Origin: a virus
Lineage: Duplodnaviria; Caudoviricetes
IMG/VR virus record: IMGVR_UViG_3300042881_003513
Span: 1-63,153 of that record
Length of the DNA: 63,153 nt
Direction: 5' to 3' (one strand)
Below the pieces are notes generated by a model, which searched no databases, was not told the origin of the DNA, and worked only from the letters and a program-made list of their open reading frames with translations. Shown piece after piece: positions 21,301-27,069 of the stretch. Positions within the stretch are counted from its first letter, which is position 1. Every line of letters begins with the position of its first letter. The position numbers and the translations under genes were made by a program.

Positions 21301-23256
21301 GCGCCGGCCAACCAGCGCAGCGGGCTCATGGCGCGCATCCTCGGCGATCTCGCCAGCGACACGCCCGCGAGCAAACTGAAGACGAAATTTGACCACGCCA
21401 TCAAGCGCGTGTTCGCGAGCATGTTCGATCTGGAACAGGAAGGGCACTCGCTGCGCGGCGGCGGCGACATCGCAGGCACGCTCGGAGCCTACGCGCAGGC
21501 GGCGAACAACACGGTCGCGGATCGGGTGTTCGTGAAGTCGCTCACCGACATCATGGCGCGCGACGGCCGCCCGATGGCAGTGCCAAGCGGAGCAATCACC
21601 AGGACGGACGGATCGGCGGACTCCCCGCTGCTCATCAAGCCGCACACGCACCCGGCGGACACTTCCGACTACCGCCCGATCTCGCACCCGGCGCTTCGCA
21701 AGTGGAAGTGGCTCGGCAAAGAAGGCGAGAAGGACGTTCTTGTGGAAGGCGAACTACTCATCCACCCCGACCTCTACAAGCGGCTGAAAAACACGCTCGG
21801 CACCTCGGCGCTGAACAACGTGCCGATCATCAAGGCCGTCGGCGAGTTTCAGGCCATCGTGAAGCAGCTCATGCTTTCGTTCTCGCCGTTCCATTTCGTG
21901 CAGGAGGGCACGCACGCCATCGGCCACAAGGTCAACCCCTTCAAAGTGACGGAGATCGACATGGACGATCCGGCGACACGCGAACTAGTGAACGCCGGGC
22001 TCATGCTCGCGAACTGGAACGCCAAGGCGGAATTTGGCGAGGGACTGACGGCGAGCGGCATGGAAAAGCTGCTCTCTCACATCGGACTCGGGAAGCTCGG
22101 GAAGCTGAACGACACGATGAGCGCGTTCCTTTTCGAGAAGTACATCCCCGGTCTGAAAATCGCGATGGCGAAGGAGGCGATGGTGCGCAACATGGAGCGG
22201 TTCAAGAAGGATCTGGCCTCCGGCAAGATGACGCGCGAACAGGTCGCACAGAAGACCGCGCAGCAGGCCAACGACGCATTCGGCGAACAGAACAACCTCT
22301 ACGCGGGCAACAACCCGACGCGCCTGCACTTCGAGCGCCTGCTTTTCCTCGCCCCGGACTTCCTGAAGTCGCGCGCCAAGTTCTTCGCCGATGCGTTCCG
22401 CAAGCACGGCAAGGAGCAACGCAACGCGCTCATCCTGCTCGCCGTCGTCCTCGCAGTGACCGCGAAGCTCCTTGAGCGGATGCTGACCGGCAAGAACGAT
22501 TGGGAGAAGCCTTTCAGCGTGGTGACAGAGGGCCGCGAATACGAGCTGCGCAGCGTCCCCGGCGACGTGATCGCGCTGCTCAAGAACAGGCGGCAGTTCG
22601 TCATGGGGCGTATTTCCCCGCTCATCAGCCGCACCGCGCTCGAAGCGGCCACCGGGCGCGACTGGCGCGGCCAGCAGCGTTCCGGCGCGCAGCAGGTGAA
22701 GGATCTCGCCATGACGCCGCTCCCGCTTGCCCTGCGTGGCGTGATCGACCCGGAGGCACCGGACATCTCCGCGGCGGAGTCGCTGATCAGTTCCTCGGGA
22801 CTGCGCACAATCCGGCACAGCGAAATCACCAAGGCCCGCAAGCTCGGGCGCGAGTGGCAGAAGGCCAACGGAAGCGAGCATGTGGACGAAGTGCATCCGC
22901 CGTCGAAATACGTCGGGATCAAGAACGCGCTCGAAGACGGCGACAGCGCGCGGGCGATGAAGGAATACGGGAAGCTGCTCGCCACGATGCCGAAGGATAA
23001 GGCGGACACCGGATTCCGCTCGTCGCTCATGAAGCCGTTCAGCGGGAGTCTCGCAAACGAGAAGGCGTTCGTCGCCTCACTCGATGCCGACGACCGCGCC
23101 ACGTATCAGGCGGCGATGACGAAGCGCGGACGGATGCTGGCAGCCTTCACGCGCATGTCCGCGACGACGCGCGCGCCGGCCAATGCGCCGCGGGCCGCAG
23201 CGAAGGCCGCGCCGATCGGGAGCCGCAATCTCACGGTGAAGGAGTTCTTCAGGTAG
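9358..23256 (+). CDS. Giant polyvalent DarB-like virion protein (N6-adenine MTase + SNF2 helicase + accessory domains)
   Basis: ARYVGWGGL, AHFTAPE, EPSMGIGSF, VSNFPF (MTase); HVVGGGKT, IDEAHEFKN, ATGTP, QREGRGIRQGN (SNF2); hydrophobic N-terminal segments. Confidence 0.85.
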   Translation: MGFDAYEQLAVDPGAVGDVARSILETPSQPGESYADTQYRSAQQAGATARIQAIKGKQWAARGVPSYQDMQGNTKPVMDDTGSPLSKLDPKHNIAYDSTGSPKKIDFDVAGGSPVLKDPFEGLETTTDPKTGHQYKIAPGLPWRWVGTDAQTAQKAEFARQDANLSKASAALGRKLTLTEYDEKFHRDAIKDVRSQLKQLSVADTNSVTGDPLDYDSLVAGINSQFDDLKKNDTTANAKEYFGMGGYTPEALKAQQALDLSRTAALRAAAKGHAHAQTLDGIRQQAEAVRAQRMMIEQTKLDHETEILKAQGIDISQPRQQYGDTPEDSAQNEQIAQSAGVHPATAQAYKQAVAGQKPYAIEGGKPKPIDGKYEEGLTAAAQDGLIAPPAPEVLEAARTADAKYQELIKQAGGNQKLKAFIASGVKSYTALQAGMAASALVAPFDPELAAGGAALGGVGAVVVPMLAHGVAFLAGMFGANKALDALSEKAAEYSDDMASIQAAIKLQPGAAQLGNFAGMGPAAIKSAMNLSKAAGVAAAEATGAGASGAKAAAGYLGKTAGTGAVGGAIFETTIRPGFDWMVDQIGGALGGEKEGVQAPTVGSVLEMAGIGALLSGLHLKIKDIGTAEATDIVKRGMQAMRDGKSLDQVLSPSENDAFMSIGEKLAKMKESGEALIKDPERFSINVRQVLTGEDRPAGDYAKVARDAEIRRTPRQKEIRDKDTFEFQKDGQTDWEAIGNKHGITAAEAQAEYARATQIAGPVQARTTNIEGVEPMKAGLPEPEAQPPASATAKPVTPNPKPAEPGTTNIGEKLGSELDKVEVTPEPPAPTEPAPAAVAKVSPEIPSDLDQRIAPVMEDFTQRLADADRKIAMAKGQGNSDVIAEAKAEKDAIFEDMKQRLGTDIPEQVPQIVRDRLESGTHDWEDGRGLREKEAYRYVIDQHEGEQGMGEPSFYVIRNLDTGKESDPYEKREDAEAFLRAHGKGGVAPEGWVEPEKPSVLPDAKPPHEKIIGESQFHSDRRELGKPTTFKTWEAYDSWLKTKSDKFLTDALGTQAKNLIDQIKQEASGMRIPKSDRSNLETRINIGAVFKEALRRGLPVPESEGLSQYTGSRPARKEAPRQNALPEPPAPNEPKLPASERNDQSQPEGAKPAGGASEVAKTEEGKPGGEPAGQAGGKPDAETVERRKKIVGTVNVAMRGHAKELSNLGHIARAHEAELPESNKSGIALHNGKITVDAEKLDAATEQMTPKERETYINAAIGEEVLHKGFMNFVNESPANRARALKLIEDEPAAVEYLQKHYKGFDALDPEHKAAEIARVIMQGKAGVTTESTWKFIEDLIAHIKRILGNMTDATRKLIADIEARMKGAETEKAAKKPKAEKPATRPERRDLNPDEQRKVDALRAEIKKLNQGRPVADDMAMNDKGASLARLEKQIAEKQGEIDGIYDNARKAETPEKPKPKSNSVGVNERGQQLYEDENGVRYRIEDGVKISAPVYIVPTRAGVKAQKQTPEGEWRTAEEAAAEKPKPPLPNLESQKPAVLEPHATFAERRALSEKWLNTLSPDALLKKMAEYGVPATRAQKVWDKARNRKPDDTKDYAEDFQLEAGDDLSFWEKSAKSPLPNRGSVLPEKKADAPKLSPGAQAIKDKLGDLFSAAAPEPRYDAPIPREKRDALNSLTADLIDSHGVDTPEKLAAALTELGPKALAFSQNIWFKMKSEGAQGSAEPNWKSIYAQLAPEPKTDIVTPDEQPATTPKLESPADDNGDGGTTPGGAESGAGGKITGGGKVEGATGGTGEEPVSDGEGASSGGKIKAGSEGDSDERVGDISAGRGNLRLELSDGIGEGGLTRKFRDNVSAIKTLRAIEAERRDATPEEQKTLARYVGWGGLAEKAFQPGGEFYDEMQALGLSDDEMASARRSTTNAHFTAPEMVQGIWGALAKMGFQSGRITEPSMGIGSFYGFMPAEIARYSSLTGIEMDNLTSRIAKVLYPESKVWNRPFEKHVMADNSQDVIVSNFPFSDADHPNDPRYNKINPNLHDYFFLKSLDKVRPGGFVVAITSIGTMDKMGSAVREVLSAKANLVAAFRLPNTMFKGNAATEVTTDLIILQKRGPGVPMEHKDWLNPVHITTRTGDEIRINQYFRDNPSNMLGIMTSEGKMYGKTTAGEDAKKVGSKALLSDGRTVAQLIEQIKKTLPENIFVPEDKQAATIRNADELEFDPNSEKDGSFVLHKNEVKVFRGGEVERPRKEISPTTKRHTLLSGYIESGHVEIDDDGTVKRTGAAWPESKNPTDIKLRAEIEAGDITGEQYKEFREVEEKYEDPLTGSERTTTVERQFSTYAFDGDFTKADYERIKQLIPLRKSLKAVLHAQVTNADDATLAAMQKDLNVFYDTYVKENGFLHEGKTRAAFQDDPFYPALMALEDYDATNNETTKTDIFSKRTRPRKEPLTGLTGTTRENMTKIMAQTGKVDVELQAKLSMRDPDELGDEMVREGLVFRDAVTGNYVEREEYLSGNIYEKLHAAEEAAKSDESFRKNIEELTKAIPELRPVERIGFSLGAAWIDPHTYSEFVKHIYRDRGQASEFKYKNGRWEVNVPVRGNAEGFGTEDVSTEELISQSMNLSSPTVRKRFDDGSSVVLEKETKLARMAQNRLKQEFKNFILDNPDIHEPLVKKFNELANAIRPRTYDAPYSTLEGMNPEISLRKHQLDFVWRATVDGKAVAAHVVGGGKTFAFIGAGMEWKRMGLASKPMYIVPNHLLRSGQTASDFYRMYPTAKILTVTERDFTAKRRQRLMARIATGNWDAVLIGHSQIGSIPVSPDLMAAHIQGELAELEEALRATNDEVDPNSKQGKKRIKALEASLAAKRSKMEKLLDPRRADKALYFEELGVDAIIIDEAHEFKNLNFWTKLNNIGGLGSANTETIKTAQLKVKTDYILRQNNGRNLLFATGTPITNTIAEVYLLQKYIAQDLLDAAGIKYFDEWAQMFADVREVAEISPDGQTFQNKAKFVEFKNMQSLITMFRRYVDIQRQEQLNLPVPPLFGGKIQNIVFQPTQVVQDYMAEVVERAEALRGGKVDPRVDNWLKLNTDARKISTDPRLIDANLPDDPEYKSSRIAKNTYEIWKANDYRKGTQIVFCDLYSNKVERARKNAFGEPERYKRGPKRGQPIVEKVELFNVFTDMKDKLIRMGVPEDQIAIIHDYEKDEDKEELKSNFNAGKIRVLLGTTMKLGTGMNLQRRMVAVHSMDANYRPDQMTQREGRGIRQGNLFHEATIGGKKAPGRMPQQPSYELSKDGALTTGPGGKFGPFNIIITRNAVERTLDSRIYQTITTKTKIVEDLLNGDYKGDTASDISDAELRGQEMIAAASGNPLVMERFTLENEVRDLKISQEDFDRRQARIRKEIRELTSGIEENDRAIPHVDALRDAHRAADADIDRRVKEGEEAKQKELSDKHVFDPETPFVVTRDVKKKGKQTELELAKEKIGEGEKEEVPMTILDMLKEPLKKTKNNPDGELELRAFGLNGRLTRKSERIEAAQSLTGESRLRHTFSWNYTGASASKFEFATQYNDEAPELYKYSGDSPLPKFKEQRDYLIERAAHQWLYDNARQTDVEVGGTRFTTLQEAVKALEPKLNALKKGESLSFKENGVDVSVKAEEKKSLTEDEKKNADMLGVVPMLYHANFPALKDVGAQAYNPLASSDASQLIWHIANSLKWIPSSEQIQKNVADQKNQLKMKQDAVQTAFPEADQLDEKQARLAEVVRLTSGDPHARTADPNDDDGQIADDGSGETFSAAAPERRATDAVAAGAKGREETKEDRKAAQAATFATKPPGVASQIWDAVKTAGSATKRWWGEMPAYDTIDKAIGQWLGAGDSAPLKGTDIVIPGRQKAAHESRKLVETIVKQFPNVLTRQAISRYMEADGDKATLQKWADKSKPEMKAVYERALNLNAAEKAMADTAKTFFKEKGEEAQKLGLLGNLLENYVTHFVEKAPANQRSGLMARILGDLASDTPASKLKTKFDHAIKRVFASMFDLEQEGHSLRGGGDIAGTLGAYAQAANNTVADRVFVKSLTDIMARDGRPMAVPSGAITRTDGSADSPLLIKPHTHPADTSDYRPISHPALRKWKWLGKEGEKDVLVEGELLIHPDLYKRLKNTLGTSALNNVPIIKAVGEFQAIVKQLMLSFSPFHFVQEGTHAIGHKVNPFKVTEIDMDDPATRELVNAGLMLANWNAKAEFGEGLTASGMEKLLSHIGLGKLGKLNDTMSAFLFEKYIPGLKIAMAKEAMVRNMERFKKDLASGKMTREQVAQKTAQQANDAFGEQNNLYAGNNPTRLHFERLLFLAPDFLKSRAKFFADAFRKHGKEQRNALILLAVVLAVTAKLLERMLTGKNDWEKPFSVVTEGREYELRSVPGDVIALLKNRRQFVMGRISPLISRTALEAATGRDWRGQQRSGAQQVKDLAMTPLPLALRGVIDPEAPDISAAESLISSSGLRTIRHSEITKARKLGREWQKANGSEHVDEVHPPSKYVGIKNALEDGDSARAMKEYGKLLATMPKDKADTGFRSSLMKPFSGSLANEKAFVASLDADDRATYQAAMTKRGRMLAAFTRMSATTRAPANAPRAAAKAAPIGSRNLTVKEFFR

Positions 23257-23303
23257 GATTTTCCGCTTGCCAACGCGCGGGGAACATCCGAATCATGACC
23301 GCA

Positions 23304-23417
23304 GTTCTTTGAGTTGCGCGGGGAACCGGGGCAACACCTCGAAAGGGTGCCGGGTCCAGCCTAAGCGGTCCGCAAAACCGCGAAGCGGGTAGCAGCCGCC
23401 CGCGCATCTCAGAGAAC
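23304..23417 (+). ncRNA. Structured tRNA-like RNA (possible tRNA-Cys-derived element)
   Basis: Long closing stem GTTCTTTGAG-TGCGCGG / CCGCGCA-CTCAGAGAAC; 5-bp arm with 7-nt loop CC-GCA-AA; T-arm-like GCGG-GTAGCAG-CCGC. Confidence 0.5.
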
Positions 23418-23421
23418 AAAT

Positions 23422-23498
23422 CGCAGGATGGCGCAGTCCGGTAGCGCGCTTGGCTCATACCCAAGAGGACGCGGGTTCAAATCCCGCTCCTGCAACCA
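23422..23498 (+). tRNA. tRNA-Met(CAT), initiator-like
   Basis: Full cloverleaf, C1:A72 mismatch, anticodon CAT, TTCAAAT T-loop, encoded CCA. Confidence 0.92.
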
Positions 23499-23504
23499 AT
23501 TTCG

Positions 23505-23532
23505 GCTTGACTCCGCGAAACCGATGCAGGAC
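23505..23532 (+). promoter_or_regulatory. Putative late promoter motif
   Basis: GCTTGAC-N9-CCGATGCAGGAC upstream of the portal gene. Confidence 0.55.
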
Positions 23533-23545
23533 GCGGCGGACACTC

Positions 23546-25789
23546 ATGGAACTTCCCAAGCCACAGCCCGCGTTTGACGGGAACGATTTCACCGTTCTAC
23601 CCCCGGCCCCGGCGCCGACGCGGTTCAAGACGAACCTGCAACTCACGCCCGACCAACGCGAGGAACTGAAACACCGATGCCTGACGCGGATCACGGAGCT
23701 TCAGCGCGAGATGGGACTGAGCGGCGAGGGCGCGGTGGACGGCGGATCGTGGATGGACCGGCGCAAGCGGTATCAGGATCTCTTTGACAACGACAACTCC
23801 TGGCGCGCGGCGATGTATGGCGGCGTCTTCGACAAGAGCAACCTGACGCTCGGCACGGCACAGCGGTTCGTGCGCGAGATGCACAGCAAGGCCGCGGACG
23901 ATCTTCTCGGCACGCGCCCATTTTTCGCCGCGGTGAAATATCAGAACGTGGGCGACGACCAGACAGCGCGCGCGGTGGAGGAACTGGTGCAGCAGCGCGT
24001 GGACCAGAGCGACGTGCAGACGGAACTTCGATCCGCCCTTCGCAGCGCACTCATCCGCAACGAGTGCGTGGTGAAGATCCGCTGGATCAAGCGCAGCACG
24101 CCCTACGTCGGCCCCGCAGTGGTGCTCGTGGACGCGAACGGCGAGCCGATCAAGACACCGAACGGCCTCATGGTCTATGAGAACGACGACTTTCTGCCCG
24201 ACCCGAACGTAGAGGAGCAGGCGCGACTGGAGAAAGATCCGCTGTTCGTGATGCGGCAGGGAGAGTTTCAATACAAGCAGTTCGACCGGCTCCCGCAGGA
24301 GTTGATCCAATTTGAGGGCGTCGAGTGCCGTGAAGTGGACTACCGATCATTCCTCTGCCCGCTCCGGTGCCCGGACATTCACGAGGCGGACGCGGTGTTC
24401 CAGCTTTACGACGACACGCCGCAGCGCATCAAGGAGACCTACGGCGAATACGAGGGCTTCGACGAGTATTGGGCCGGCAGCGTGACGGACGAGGGCAGCG
24501 GCGAGATGCGCGCGAAGGAGACGCACGGCGAACAGCGCGATACCGTCGTGAGCCGCCTGAACATCTTCCGGCGCATGGCCGAGTGCTACGTGCGCTTCGA
24601 TGCCGACGGCGACGGATTCGAGGAGGAGATTTTCTGCGTGCTGGACCGGAGCTGTGAAGACCTCGTGTATTACGAATACCTCGCGAACGTGATGCACAAG
24701 CGCCCGTTTGAAGCGATCCCCGGCGTCGCGCGCGTTCCGAACCGCTGGTATGGCGAGGGCGTGATCCAGGCGGTGATCGATCAGGACACCTACATTGACG
24801 CGCAGTTTAACCGCTTCAACATCAAGGACAGCAAGGAGAACAGCGTCACGTTCCGAGACCCGATGGCGGTGCGCGAGTGGAAGAACGGCGCGCAGGTGGA
24901 ATTTGGCGGCGACAAGATTTACGACGTGGAGCCGGGCTACGACAAGGATCACCGCCCGCCGATGTGGAACGTGAACCTCACGGAGAAATCCGAGATCGGG
25001 CTGGAACTGCTCACGATGGCGCAGCAGCAGCTCAACCTGATGTTCGGCGTGATCGGCGCGAAGGACGCCAGCGCGAGCGACCTGAATAGCAGCCGGACGG
25101 CGACGGGCATCCTGAACATCGAGCGCACGAGCAACCTGCTCATCAAGAACAGCGAGATCCAGCACCAGAAGGCGATCATCGGGATCATGGGCCAGGTGGT
25201 GACAATCGTGCTGGAGAACATCCGCGACACCGAGCTTCTGCTTTCCAAGGACGGCAAGATGCTGCTCACGATCAACCGCGAGGAGGCGCGCACCATCGAG
25301 CGGGAAATCCGACTCCTGCTCACGCGCTCGCGTTCGTCCGAGATGCTTTCCACAAACCAGCAGGCGCTCGCAGTGGCGGAGAAATACCACATGACGCGCG
25401 CGCAGATGCCGGAAGTGGCGCGCACGCTGCGTCCGCTATTCCTCTCGCAACTCAAGGCGCTCGAAGTGGCCGATCCCGATGAGCTTTGCCCGAACATCTC
25501 CGACGAGGAGATCAAGGTGTGGCAGGAAAAGAGCCAGCAGTCCGCACAGGCGCAACTCCGCCGCGAGACGCGCGAAGCCATCGCCTACAAGGACTGCCCG
25601 CCGAGCGTGCAAGCGCAGTGGGAAACGGAGATGGGATTCCAGCCCGCGAGCCCCGAGGAGCGAGCGCAGAAGGCCAAGCAGGACTTCACGCTCAAAAATC
25701 CCGAGTTTGTCATGCCGGCGGTTCCGCAGCCCGGCGCGCACGGCGCGGAAGAAGCCGGCGAAACCGAAACCGGAGCACCCGCGCAGTGA
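23546..25789 (+). CDS. Portal protein (P22/podovirus-like)
   Basis: Size ~750 aa; PNRWYGEGVIQAVIDQ and SRTATGILNI patterns typical of podoviral portals. Confidence 0.7.
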   Translation: MELPKPQPAFDGNDFTVLPPAPAPTRFKTNLQLTPDQREELKHRCLTRITELQREMGLSGEGAVDGGSWMDRRKRYQDLFDNDNSWRAAMYGGVFDKSNLTLGTAQRFVREMHSKAADDLLGTRPFFAAVKYQNVGDDQTARAVEELVQQRVDQSDVQTELRSALRSALIRNECVVKIRWIKRSTPYVGPAVVLVDANGEPIKTPNGLMVYENDDFLPDPNVEEQARLEKDPLFVMRQGEFQYKQFDRLPQELIQFEGVECREVDYRSFLCPLRCPDIHEADAVFQLYDDTPQRIKETYGEYEGFDEYWAGSVTDEGSGEMRAKETHGEQRDTVVSRLNIFRRMAECYVRFDADGDGFEEEIFCVLDRSCEDLVYYEYLANVMHKRPFEAIPGVARVPNRWYGEGVIQAVIDQDTYIDAQFNRFNIKDSKENSVTFRDPMAVREWKNGAQVEFGGDKIYDVEPGYDKDHRPPMWNVNLTEKSEIGLELLTMAQQQLNLMFGVIGAKDASASDLNSSRTATGILNIERTSNLLIKNSEIQHQKAIIGIMGQVVTIVLENIRDTELLLSKDGKMLLTINREEARTIEREIRLLLTRSRSSEMLSTNQQALAVAEKYHMTRAQMPEVARTLRPLFLSQLKALEVADPDELCPNISDEEIKVWQEKSQQSAQAQLRRETREAIAYKDCPPSVQAQWETEMGFQPASPEERAQKAKQDFTLKNPEFVMPAVPQPGAHGAEEAGETETGAPAQ

Positions 25790-26118
25790 GCCCCGCCCAG
25801 GCGCACAACCACAAAATCGCCGCCGAAGGGCTCGGTCGCATCACCCGCCTGATCGCGCAACCGGACTTCATCTGGTTCCTGCGCGAAGCGGCCGGAAAGG
25901 AACTCACGAGGCTCGACAATCTCATCCATGACCGCAAAGAATCGAAGGAAGATCGCGAGGCCGCACTGTCCGAATGGCTCGCCGTGAAGCGGCTCGCCGA
26001 GTGGCCGGAAACCTTTGCGAATGACTGCGGGAAAACCCTCGGGCACGAGCACCGAATTACGCTTGACATCACCGAACCGAAACCGGACGCAGCCCGCGCC
26101 ACCGAAACCACCACCTAA
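25786..26118 (+). CDS. Hypothetical protein following the portal
   Basis: GTGA overlap with the portal stop; helical 110-aa ORF. Confidence 0.6.
   Translation: MSPAQAHNHKIAAEGLGRITRLIAQPDFIWFLREAAGKELTRLDNLIHDRKESKEDREAALSEWLAVKRLAEWPETFANDCGKTLGHEHRITLDITEPKPDAARATETTT
26061..26088 (+). promoter_or_regulatory. Putative late promoter motif
   Basis: GCTTGAC-N9-CCGA-N4-GGACGC. Confidence 0.5.
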
Positions 26119-26127
26119 AACACTCTC

Positions 26128-26739
26128 ATGAATCAAATCGAACCTCGTACCGCTGAAACCCTCAAAACCAATCTCGGCGTCTCAAACGCGGAGCCGCCTG
26201 CGGCCACGCTCGCGCGCGGCCTCGTGGATGTGAACGGAAACATCCGACTTCAGGCTCCGAACAACGCCATCTCGCCTCGCGGCATCAACACCGGAGAGCA
26301 CCCGGCGAAGGCCTCGACCGACGGCACCGATTCCACGCCGGTCATCACCGAAACCTATCTCAGTGAAATTCATGTGCCAGCAAACTGCACCATCACCGGA
26401 ATTGAGCTTTTCAACGGAAGCAACGTGACAGGGAACGTGACCGTCGGACTCGCGGACGCGCTCGGAAACCCTATCGCGGCGGCTCAGTCGGCCAGCACTG
26501 CCGGCAGCGGCACGGACGCCTACCAGCGCATTCCGTTCGCTGCGCCCTATGTCGCCAGTGGTCCGGCCACCTATTTCATTCAGGTCCAGTACAGCAGCGC
26601 GACCGCGCGCTATAATACGCACGCGGTCGGCAGGCACGCCACCGGAAAGCAGACCGGACAGACCTACGGAACCCTCACGGCATTCACTCCGCCGACCACT
26701 TTCACAACGGCCATTGGGAATATCGCCGGCCCTTACTAA
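26128..26739 (+). CDS. Putative virion structural protein
   Basis: Thr/Gly/Ala-rich beta-type composition within the structural module. Confidence 0.65.
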   Translation: MNQIEPRTAETLKTNLGVSNAEPPAATLARGLVDVNGNIRLQAPNNAISPRGINTGEHPAKASTDGTDSTPVITETYLSEIHVPANCTITGIELFNGSNVTGNVTVGLADALGNPIAAAQSASTAGSGTDAYQRIPFAAPYVASGPATYFIQVQYSSATARYNTHAVGRHATGKQTGQTYGTLTAFTPPTTFTTAIGNIAGPY

Positions 26740-26745
26740 ACCGAA

Positions 26746-27009
26746 ATGCGAACCCTCGACCTCAACTCGATCTACGACGCGAACGGCGGTGTGTATGTGA
26801 CCGGCACAAGCGCCAACACCGGTCCGTTCTCCGGCATCTTCGCCCACACCGACACCGTGATCGCGTCCCTGACGTGCGCCAAGTGGACGGGATCGCCCGC
26901 ATCCGTCACCGTGAAGGCGGGGACATTCCTGATGTTCCCCGGCGGCGCGACCGCCGTGACGCTCACCAGCGGAACCTGCACCTTGATGAATCGCCCCGCC
27001 TCACAATAA
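26746..27009 (+). CDS. Small virion protein
   Basis: 87-aa Thr/Gly-rich ORF. Confidence 0.6.
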   Translation: MRTLDLNSIYDANGGVYVTGTSANTGPFSGIFAHTDTVIASLTCAKWTGSPASVTVKAGTFLMFPGGATAVTLTSGTCTLMNRPASQ

Positions 27010-27069
27010 CCCCCGCGCCGGCTCGACCTCACCGGGCTTCACGACGTTTAGCGGAACAATACTTTTAAT

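Noticed and set aside
23340-23400. SRP RNA or pistol/twister ribozyme identity for the structured RNA
   Set aside because: AGCAG and CTAAGCG are present, but the partner CAGG loop and pseudoknot strands are not
23450-23545. TTG-started N-terminal extension of the portal ORF
   Set aside because: Overlaps the tRNA and the promoter motif; ATG 23546 preferred
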